DNA of 64,000 nucleotides, from contig CAXHJY010000105.1 of assembly GCA_964016885.1 (NCBI GenBank), forward strand, positions 434,001 through 498,000, written 5' to 3'. A program made the translations under genes and the position numbers. The stretch comes from Eledone cirrhosa. Its lineage: Eukaryota. The notes below the pieces were generated by a model. The model did no database searches and was not told where the DNA came from. It saw nothing but the letters and a program-made list of their open reading frames with translations. Positions 15,060 through 27,779 of this stretch are shown piece by piece; position 1 is the first letter of the stretch; every line of letters starts with the position of its first letter.

Positions 15060-18000
15060 AACCCTTGACCTAACATAAGGATACAGAACCCTTGACCTAA
15101 CATAAGGATACAGAACCCTTGACCTAACATAAGGATACAGAAGACTTGACCTAACATAAGGATACAGAACCCTTGACCTAACATAAGGATACAGAACACT
15201 TGACCTAACATAAGATACAGAACCCTTGACCTAACATAAGGATACAGAACCCTTGACCTAACAAGGATACAGAAGACTTGACCTAACATAAGCATACAGA
15301 ACCCTTGACATAACATAAGGATACAGAACACATGACCTAACAAGGATACAGAACGCTTGACCTAACATAAGGATACAGAACACCTGACCTAACATAAGGA
15401 TACAGAACACTTGACCTAACGTAAGGATACAGAACACTTGACTTAACGTAAGGATACAGAACCCTTGACCTAACATATGGATACAGAACACCTGACCTAA
15501 CAAGGATACAGAACACTTCACCTAACATAAGGATACAGAACACTTGACCTAACATAAGGATACAGAACACTTGACCTAACATAAGGATACAGAACACCTG
15601 ACCTAACGTAAGGATACAGAACACTTGACCTAACGTAAGGATACAGAACACTTGACCTAACGTAAGGACACAGAACACTTGACCTAATGTAAGGATACAG
15701 AACACCTGACCTAACATAAGGATACAGAACACTTGACCTAACAAGGATACATAACACTTGACCTAACATAAGGATACAGAACACTTGACCTAACACAAGA
15801 ATACAGAACACCTGACCTAACATAAGGATACAGATCACCTGACCTAACAAGAATACAGAACACCTGACCTAACATAAGGATACAGAACACCTGACCTAAC
15901 ATAAGGATACAGAACACTTGACCTAACCTAAGGATACAGAACACTTGACCTAACATAAGGATACAGAACACTTGACCTAATGTAAGGATACAGAACACCT
16001 GACCTAACATAAGGATACAGAAAACCTGACCTAACATAAGGATACAGAAGACCTGACCTAACAGAAGGATACAGAACACTTGACCTAACATAAGGATACA
16101 AAACCCTTGACATAACATAATGATACAGAACCCTTGACCTAACAAGGATACAGAACACTTGCCTAACAAGGGTACAGAACAGTTGACCTAACATAAGGAT
16201 GCAGAACACTTGACCTAACATAAGGATACAGAACACTTAACCTAACATAAGGATACAGAACCCTTGACCTAACATAAGGATACAGAACACTTGACCTAAC
16301 ATAAGGATACAGAACACTTGACCTAACATAAGGATACAGAACACTTGACCTAACATAAGGATACAGAACACTTGACCTAACATAAGGATACAGAACACGT
16401 GACCTAACATAAGGATACAGAACACTTGACCTAAATATAAGGATACAGAACACTTGACCTAACATAAGGATACAGAACACTTCACCTAACATAAGGATAC
16501 AGAAGACATGACCTAACATAAGGATACAGAACACTTGACCTAATATAAGGACACAGAACACTTCACCTAACATAAGGATACAGAAGACATGACCTGACAT
16601 AAGGATAGAGAACACTTGACCTAACATAAGGATACAGAACACTTGACCTAACATAAGGATACAGAACACATGACCTAACATAAGGATACAGAACACTTGA
16701 CCTAACAAGGATACAGAACCCTTGACCTAACATAAGGATACAGAACACTTGACCTAACAAGGATACAGAACCCTTGACCTAACACAAGGATACAGAACAC
16801 TTGACCTAACAAGGGTACAGAACAGTTGACCTAACATAAGGATGCAGCACACTTGACCTAACATAAGGATACAGAACACTTGACCTAACATAAGGATACA
16901 GAACCCTTGACCTAACATAAGGATACAGAACCCTTGACCTAACATAAGGATACAGAACCCTTGACCTAACATAAGGATACAGAAGACTTGACCTAACATA
17001 AGGATACAGAACCCTTGACCTAACATAAGGATACAGAACACTTGACCTAACATAAGATACAGAACCCTTGACCTAACATAAGGATACAGAACCCTTGACC
17101 TAACAAGGATACAGAAGACTTGACCTAACATAAGCATACAGAACCCTTGACATAACATAAGGATACAGAACACATGACCTAACAAGGATACAGAACGCTT
17201 GACCTAACATAAGGATACAGAACACCTGACCTAACATAAGGATACAGAACACTTGACCTAATGTAAGGATACAGAACACTTGACTTAACGTAAGGATACA
17301 GAACCCTTGACCTAACATATGGATACAGAACACCTGACCTAACAAGGATACAGAACACTTCACCTAACATAAGGATACAGAACACTTGACCTAACATAAG
17401 GATACAGAACACTTGACCTAACATAAGGATACAGAACACCTGACCTAACGTAAGGATACAGAACACTTGACCTAACGTAAGGATACAGAACACTTGACCT
17501 AACGTAAGGACACAGAACACTTGACCTAATGTAAGGATACAGAACACCTGACCTAACATAAGGATACAGAACACTTGACCTAACAAGGATACATAACACT
17601 TGACCTAACATAAGGATACAGAACACTTGACCTAACACAAGAATACAGAACACCTGACCTAACATAAGGATACAGATCACCTGACCTAACAAGAATACAG
17701 AACACCTGACCTAACATAAGGATACAGAACACCTGACCTAACATAAGGATACAGAACACTTGACCTAACCTAAGGATACAGAACACTTGACCTAACATAA
17801 GGATACAGAACACTTGACCTAATGTAAGGATACAGAACACCTGACCTAACATAAGGATACAGAAAACCTGACCTAACATAAGGATACAGAAGACCTGACC
17901 TAACAGAAGGATACAGAACACTTGACCTAACATAAGGATACAAAACCCTTGACATAACATAATGATACAGAACCCTTGACCTAACAAGGATACAGAACAC

Positions 18001-18770
18001 TTGCCTAACAAGGGTACAGAACAGTTGACCTAACATAAGGATGCAGAACACTTGACCTAACATAAGGATACAGAACACTTAACCTAACATAAGGATACAG
18101 AACCCTTGACCTAACATAAGGATACAGAACACTTGACCTAACATAAGGATACAGAACACTTGACCTAACATAAGGATACAGAACACTTGACCTAACATAA
18201 GGATACAGAACACTTGACCTAACATAAGGATACAGAACACTTGACCTAACATAAGGATACAGAACACGTGACCTAACATAAGGATACAGAACACTTGACC
18301 TAAATATAAGGATACAGAACACTTGACCTAACATAAGGATACAGAACACTTCACCTAACATAAGGATACAGAAGACATGACCTAACATAAGGATACAGAA
18401 CACTTGACCTAATATAAGGACACAGAACACTTCACCTAACATAAGGATACAGAAGACATGACCTGACATAAGGATAGAGAACACTTGACCTAACATAAGG
18501 ATACAGAACACTTGACCTAACATAAGGATACAGAACACATGACCTAACATAAGGATACAGAACACTTGACCTAACAAGGATACAGAACCCTTGACCTAAC
18601 ATAAGGATACAGAACACTTGACCTAACAAGGATACAGAACCCTTGACCTAACACAAGGATACAGAACACTTGACCTAACAAGGGTACAGAACAGTTGACC
18701 TAACATAAGGATGCAGCACACTTGACCTAACATAAGGATACAGAACACTTGACCTAACATAAGGATACAG
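15060..18770 (+). repeat. Tandem duplication of about 1.84 kb inside the third 6.3-kb unit
   Basis: ORFs 15337..15744 and 17179..17586, 15738..16169 and 17580..18011 match at offset 1842. The offset becomes 1869 (+1 monomer) at 16563 vs 18432. Confidence 0.88.
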
Positions 18771-21149
18771 AACCCTTGACCTAACATAAGGATACAGAAC
18801 ACTTGACCTAACATAAGGATACAGAACACTTGACCTAACATAAGGATACAGAACACTTGACCTAACATAAGTATACAGAACCCTTGACCTAACATAAGGA
18901 TACAGAACACTTGACCTAACATAAGGATACAGAACACCTGACCTAACAAGGATACAGAACACTTGACCTAACATAAGGATACAGAACCCTTGACCTAACA
19001 TAAGGATACAGAACACCTGACCTAACAAGGATACAGAACCCTTGACCTAACATAAGGATAGAGAACCCTTGACCTAACATAAGGATACAGAACACCTGAC
19101 CTAACATAAAGATATAGAACCCTTGACCTAACATAAGGATACAGAACCCTTGACCTAACATAAGGATAGAGAACCCTTGACCTAACATAAGGATACAGAA
19201 ACACTTGACCTAACTTAAGGATACAGAACACCTGACCTAACATAAGGTTACAGAACCCTTGACCTAACATAAGGATACAGAACCCTTGACCCAACAAGGA
19301 TAAAGAAGACTTGACCTAACATAAGGATACAGAAACCTTGACCTAACATAAGGATACAGAACCCTTGACCTGACATAAGGATACAGAACACATGACCTAA
19401 CAAGGATACAGAATGCTTGACCTAACATAAGGATCCAGAACACTTGATCTAACATAAGGATACAGAACCCTTGACCTAACATAAGGATACAGAACCCTTG
19501 ACCTAACATAAGGATACAGAACCCTTGACCTAACATAAAGATACAGAAGACTTGACCTAACATAAGGATACAGAACCCTTGACCTAACATAAGGATACAG
19601 AACACTTGACCTAACATAAGATACAGAACCCTTGACCTAACATAAGGATACAGAACCCTTGACCTAACAAGGATACAGAAGACTTGACCTAACATAAGCA
19701 TACAGAACCCTTGACATAACATAAGGATACAGAACACATGACCTAACAAGGATACAGAACGCTTGACCTAACATAAGGATACAGAACACATGACCTAACA
19801 TAAGGATACAGAACACTTGACCTAACGTAAGTATACAGAACACTTGACTTAACGTAAGGATACAGAACCCTTGACCTAACATATGGATACAGAACACCTG
19901 ACCTAACAAGGATACAGAACACTTCACCTAACATAAGGATACAGAACACTTGACCTAACATAAGGATACAGAACACTTGACCTAACATAAGGATACAGAA
20001 CACCTGACCTAACGTAAGGATACAGAACACTTGACCTAACGTAAGGATACAGAACACTTGACCTAACGTAAGGACACAGAACACTTGACCTAATGTAAGG
20101 ATACAGAACACCTGACCTAACATAAGGATACAGAACACTTGACCTAACAAGGATACATAACACTTGACCTAACATAAGGATACAGAACACTTGACCTAAC
20201 ACAAGAATACAGAACACCTGACCTAACATAAGGATACAGATCACCTGACCTAACAAGAATACAGAACACCTGACCTAACATAAGGATACAGAACACCTGA
20301 CCTAACATAAGGATACAGAACACTTGACCTAACCTAAGGATACAGAACACTTGACCTAACATAAGGATACAGAACACTTGACCTAATGTAAGGATACAGA
20401 ACACCTGACCTAACATAAGGATACAGAAAACCTGACCTAACATAAGGATACAGAAGACCTGACCTAACAGAAGGATACAGAACACTTGACCTAACATAAG
20501 GATACAAAACCCTTGACATAACATAATGATACAGAACCCTTGACCTAACAAGGATACAGAACACTTGCCTAACAAGGGTACAGAACAGTTGACCTAACAT
20601 AAGGATGCAGAACACTTCACCTAACATAAGGATACAGAACACTTAACCTAACATAAGGATACAGAACCCTTGACCTAACATAAGGATACAGAACACTTGA
20701 CCTAACATAAGGATACAGAACACTTGACCTAACATAAGGATACAGAACACTTGACCTAACATAAGTATACAGAACCCTTGACCTAACATAAGGATACAAA
20801 ACACTTGACCTAACATAAGGATACAGAACACATGACCTAACATAAGTATACAGAACCCTTGACCTAACATAAGGATACAAAACACTTAACCTAACATAAG
20901 GATACAGAACCCTTGACCTAACATAAGGATACAAAACACTTGACCTAACATAAGTATACAGAACCCTTGACCTAACATAAGGATACAAAACACTTGACCT
21001 AACATAAGTATACAGAACCCTTGACCTAACATAAGGATACAAAACACTTGACCTAACATAAGGATACAGAACACTTGACCTAACATAGGGATACAGAACA
21101 CTTGACCTAACATAGGGATACAGAACACTTGACCTAACATAGGGATACA

Positions 21150-24100
21150 GAACACTTGACCTAACATAGGGATACAGAACACTTGACCTAACATAAGGAT
21201 ACAGAACACGTGACCTAACATAAGGATACAGAACACTTGACCTAACAAGGATACAGAACACTTGACCTAACATAAGGATACAGAACACTTGACCTAACAT
21301 AAGGATACAGAACACTTGACCTAACATAAGGATACAGAACACTTGACCTAACATAAGGATACAGAACCCTTGACCTAACATAAGGATACAGAACACTTGA
21401 CCTAACATAAGGATACAGAACACGTGACCTAACATAAGGATACAGAACACTTGACCTGACATAAGGATACAGAACACTTGACCTAACATAAGGATACAGA
21501 ACACTTGACCTAACATAAAGGATACAGAACACTTGACCTAAATATAAGGATACAGAACACTTGACCTGACATAAGGATACAGAACCCTTGACCTAACAAG
21601 AATACAGAACAGTTGACCTAACATAAGGATGAAGAACACTTGACCTAACATAAGGATACAGAACACTTGACCTAACATAAGTATACAGAACCCTTGACCT
21701 AACATAAGGATACAGAACACTTGACCTAACATAAGGATACAGAACACTTGACCTAACATAAGGATACAGAACACCTGACCTAACAATGATACAGAACACT
21801 TGACCTAACATAAGGATACAGAACCCTTGACCTAACATAAGGATACAGAACACCTGACCTCACATTAGGATACAGAACACTTGACCTGACATAAGGATAC
21901 AGAACACTTGACCTAACATAAGGATACAGAACACTTGACCTAACATAAGGATACAGAACCCTTGACCTGACATAGGGATACAGAACCCTTGACCTAACAT
22001 AGGGATACAGAACACTTCACCTAACATAAGGATACAGAACCCTTGACCTAACATAAGGATACAGAACCCTTGACCTAACATAAGGATACAGAACCCTTGA
22101 CCTAACATAAGGATAGAGAACCCTTGACCTAACATAAGGATACAGAACACCTGACCTAACATAAAGATATAGAACCCTTGACCTAACATAAGGATACAGA
22201 ACCCTTGACCTAACATAAGAATAGAGAACCCTTGACCTAACATAAGGATACAGAACACCTGACCTAACATAAAGATATAGAACCCTTGACCTAACATAAG
22301 GATACAGAACCCTTGACCTAACATAAGGATACAGAACCCTTGACCTAACAAGGATAAAGAAGACTTGACCTAACATAAGGATACAGAAACCTTGACCTAA
22401 CATAAGGATACAGAACCCTTGACCTAACATAAGGATACAGAACCCTTGACCTAACATAAGGATACAGAACACTTGACCTAAATATAAGGATACAGAACAC
22501 ATGACCTGACATAAGGATACAGAACAGTTGACCTAACATAAGGATGCAGAACACTTGACCTAACATAAGGATACAGAACACTTGACCTAACATAAGGATA
22601 CAGAACACTTGACCTAACATAAGGATACAGAACATTTGACCTAACATAAGGATACAGAATCCTTGACCTAACATAAGGATACAGAACCCTTGATCTAACA
22701 TAAGGATACAGAAGACTTGACCTAACATAACCATACAGAACACTTGACCTAACATAAGGATACAGAACACCTGACCTAACATAAGGATACAGATCACCGG
22801 ACCTAACGAGGATACAGAACACCTGACCTAACATAAGGATACAGAACACCTGACCTGACATAAGGATACAGAACACTTGACTTAACGTAAGGATACAGAA
22901 CACTTGCCCGAACGTAAGGATACAGAACACTTGACCTAACATAAGGATACAAAACCCTTGACCTAACATAAGGATACAGAACCCTTGACCTGACATAAGG
23001 ATACAGAACACTTGACCTAACATAAGGATACAGAACACTTGACCTAACATAAGGATACAGAACCCTTGACCTAACATAGGGATACAGAACCCTTGACCTA
23101 ACATAGGGATACAGAACACTTGACCTAACATAAGGATAGAGAACCCTTGACCTAACATAAGGATACAGAACCCTTGACCTAACATAAGGATACAGAAACC
23201 TTGACCTAACATAAGGATACAGAAACTTGACCTAATATAAGGATACTGAACACTTGACCTAACATAAGGATACAGAACACTTGACCTAACATAAGGATAC
23301 AGAACACTTGACCTAACATAAGGATACAGAACACGTGACCTAACAAAGATACAGAACACTTGACCTGACATAAGGATACAGAACCCTTGACCTAACAAGG
23401 ATACAGAACACTTGACCTAACATAAGGATACAGAACCCTTGACCTAACATAAGGATACAGAACACTTGACCTAACATAAGGATACAGAACACGTGACCTG
23501 ACATAAGGATACAGAACACTTGACTTAACATAAGGATACAGAACCCTTGACCTAACATAAGGATACAGAACACTTGACTTAACATAAGGATACAGAACCC
23601 TTGACCTAACATAGGGATACAGAACCCTTGACCTAACATAGGGATACAGAACACTTCACCTAACATAAGGATACAGAACCCTTGACCTAACATAAGGATA
23701 CAGAACACTTGACCTAACATAAGGATACAGAACCATTGACCTAACATAGGGATACAGAACCCTTGACCTAACATAGGGATACAGAACACTTCACCTAACA
23801 TAACGATACAGAACCCTTGACCTAACATAAGGATACAGAACCCTTGACCTAACATAAGGATACAGAACCCTTGACCTAACATAAGGATACAGAACACTTG
23901 ACCTAACATAAGGATACAGAACACATGACCTAACATAAGGATACAGAACACTTGACCTAACAAGGATACAGAACCCTTGACCTAACATAAGGATACAGAA
24001 CACTTGACCTAACAAGGATACAGAACCCTTGACCTAACACAAGGATACAGAACACTTGACCTAACAAGGGTACAGAACAGTTGACCTAACATAAGGATGC

Positions 24101-27100
24101 AGCACACTTGACCTAACATAAGGATACAGAACACTTGACCTAACATAAGGATACAGAACCCTTGACCTAACATAAGGATACAGAACACTTGACCTAACAT
24201 AAGGATACAGAACACTTGACCTAACATAAGGATACAGAACACTTGACCTAACATAAGTATACAGAACCCTTGACCTAACATAAGGATACAGAACACTTGA
24301 CCTAACATAAGGATACAGAACACCTGACCTAACAAGGATACAGAACACTTGACCTAACATAAGGATACAGAACCCTTGACCTAACATAAGGATACAGAAC
24401 ACCTGACCTAACAAGGATACAGAACCCTTGACCTAACATAAGGATAGAGAACCCTTGACCTAACATAAGGATACAGAACACCTGACCTAACATAAAGATA
24501 TAGAACCCTTGACCTAACATAAGGATACAGAACCCTTGACCTAACATAAGGATAGAGAACCCTTGACCTAACATAAGGATACAGAACACTTGACCTAACA
24601 TAAGGATACAGAACATTTGACCTAACATAAGGATACAGAATCCTTGACCTAACATAAGGATACAGAACACTTGACCTAATGTAAGGATACAGAACACTTG
24701 ACTTAACGTAAGGATACAGAACCCTTGACCTAACATATGGATACAGAACACCTGACCTAACAAGGATACAGAACACTTCACCTAACATAAGGATACAGAA
24801 CACTTGACCTAACATAAGGATACAGAACACTTGACCTAACATAAGGATACAGAACACCTGACCTAACGTAAGGATACAGAACACTTGACCTAACGTAAGG
24901 ATACAGAACACTTGACCTAACGTAAGGACACAGAACACTTGACCTAATGTAAGGATACAGAACACGTGACCTAACATAAGGATACAGAACACTTGACCTG
25001 ACATAAGGATACAGAACACTTGACCTAACATAAGGATACAGAACACTTGACCTAACATAAAGGATACAGAACACTTGACCTAAATATAAGGATACAGAAC
25101 ACTTGACCTGACATAAGGATACAGAACCCTTGACCTAACAAGAATACAGAACAGTTGACCTAACATAGGGATACAGAACACTTGACCTAACATAAGGATA
25201 CAGAACACGTGACCTAACATAAGGATACAGAACACTTGACCTAACAAGGATACAGAACACTTGACCTAACATAAGGATACAGAACACTTGACCTAACATA
25301 AGGATACAGAACACTTGACCTAACATAAGGATACAGAACACTTGACCTAACATAAGGATACAGAACCCTTGACCTAACATAAGGATACAGAACACTTGAC
25401 CTAACATAAGGATACAGAACACGTGACCTAACATAAGGATACAGAACACTTGACCTGACATAAGGATACAGAACACTTGACCTAACATAAGGATACAGAA
25501 CACTTGACCTAACATAAAGGATACAGAACACTTGACCTAAATATAAGGATACAGAACACTTGACCTGACATAAGGATACAGAACCCTTGACCTAACAAGA
25601 ATACAGAACAGTTGACCTAACATAAGGATGAAGAACACTTGACCTAACATAAGGATACAGAACACTTGACCTAACATAAGTATACAGAACCCTTGACCTA
25701 ACATAAGGATACAGAACACTTGACCTAACATAAGGATACAGAACACTTGACCTAACATAAGGATACAGAACACCTGACCTAACAATGATACAGAACACTT
25801 GACCTAACATAAGGATACAGAACCCTTGACCTAACATAAGGATACAGAACACTTGACCTAACATAAGGATACAGAACCCTTGACCTGACATAGGGATACA
25901 GAACCCTTGACCTAACATAGGGATACAGAACACTTCACCTAACATAAGGATACAGAACCCTTGACCTAACATAAGGATACAGAACCCTTGACCTAACATA
26001 AGGATACAGAACCCTTGACCTAACATAAGGATAGAGAACCCTTGACCTAACATAAGGATACAGAACACCTGACCTAACATAAAGATATAGAACCCTTGAC
26101 CTAACATAAGGATAGAGAACCCTTGACCTAACATAAGGATATAGAACCCTTGACCTAACATAAGGATACAGAACCCTTGACCTAACATAAGGATATAGAA
26201 CCCTTGACCTAACATAAGGATATAGAACCCTTGACCTAACATAAAGATATAGAACCCTTGACCTAACATAAGGATACAGAACCCTTGACCTAACAAGGAT
26301 AAAGAAGACTTGACCTAACATAAGGATACAGAACACTTGACCTAACATAAGGATACAGAACACTTGACCTAAATATAAGGATACAGAACACATGACCTGA
26401 CATAAGGATACAGAACAGTTGACCTAACATAAGGATGCAGAACACTTGACCTAACATAAGGATACAGAACACTTGACCTAACATAAGGATACAGAACACT
26501 TGACCTAACATAAGGATACAGAACATTTGACCTAACATAAGGATACAGAATCCTTGACCTAACATAAGGATACAGAACCCTTGATCTAACATAAGGATAC
26601 AGAAGACTTGACCTAACATAACCATACAGAACACTTGACCTAACATAAGGATACAGAACACCTGACCTAACATAAGGATACAGATCACCGGACCTAACGA
26701 GGATACAGAACACCTGACCTAACATAAGGATACAGAACACCTGACCTGACATAAGGATACAGAACACTTGACTTAACGTAAGGATACAGAACACTTGCCC
26801 GAACGTAAGGATACAGAACACTTGACCTAACATAAGGATACAAAACCCTTGACCTAACATAAGGATACAGAACCCTTGACCTGACATAAGGATACAGAAC
26901 ACTTGACCTAACATAAGGATACAGAACACTTGACCTAACATAAGGATACAGAACCCTTGACCTGACATAAGGATACAGAACACTTGACCTAACATAAGGA
27001 TACAGAACACTTGACCTAACATAAGGATACAGAACCCTTGACCTGACATAAGGATACAGAACACTTGACCTAACATAAGGATACAAAACCCTTGACCTAA

Positions 27101-27660
27101 CATAAGGATACAGAACCCTTGACCTGACATAAGGATACAGAACACTTGACCTAACATAAGGATACAGAACACTTGACCTAACATAAGGATACAGAACCCT
27201 TGACCTGACATAAGGATACAGAACACTTGACCTAACATAAGGATACAGAACACTTGACCTAACATAAGGATACAGAACCCTTGACCTGACATAAGGATAC
27301 AGAACACTTGACCTAACATAAGGATACAAAACCCTTGACCTAACATAAGGATACAGAACCATTGACCTGACATAAGGATACAGAACACTTGACCTAACAT
27401 AAGGATACAGAACACTTGACCTAACATAAGGATACAGAACCCTTGACCTAACATAGGGATACAGAACCCTTGACCTAACATAGGGATACAGAACACTTGA
27501 CCTAACATAAGGATACAGAACCCTTGACCTAACATAAGGATACAGAACCCTTGACCTAACATAAGGATACAGAAACCTTGACCTAACATAAGGATACAGA
27601 AACTTGACCTAATATAAGGATACTGAACACTTGACCTAACATAAGGATACAGAACACTTG
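21150..27660 (+). repeat. Block of about 2.2-2.5 kb present twice at about 4.0 kb spacing (about 21150-23340 and 25170-27660)
   Basis: ORFs 21242..21532 and 25241..25531, 21538..21786 and 25537..25785 match at offset 3999. Both copies share rare markers GGATGAAGAAC, CTTGCCCGAACG and GGATACTGAAC. Confidence 0.85.
26830..27420 (+). repeat. Local 243-bp (9-monomer) higher-order repeat built from 81-bp trimers
   Basis: Marker CAAAACCCTT at 26841, 27084 and 27327 (spacing 243). A monomer ending in ...TTGACCTGAC recurs about every 81 bp. Confidence 0.85.
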
Positions 27661-27779
27661 ACCTAACAAAGATACAGAACACGTGACCTAACAAAGATAC
27701 AGAACACTTGACCTGACATAAGGATACAGAACACTTGACCTGACATAAGGATACAGAACCCTTGACCTAACATAAGGAT

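Larger units (their letters stand above)
1..20900 (+). repeat. Left sub-family domain with a higher-order repeat of about 6.3-6.4 kb (about 3 copies, each with internal duplications)
   Basis: Matching variant strings at ORFs 1299..1667, 7746..8114 and 14056..14424 (offsets 6447 and 6310), and at 9879..10424 vs 16163..16708 (offset 6284). Marker GGATCC at 2377, 4704, 8768, 11332, 15025 and 19431, not seen further right. Confidence 0.88.
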
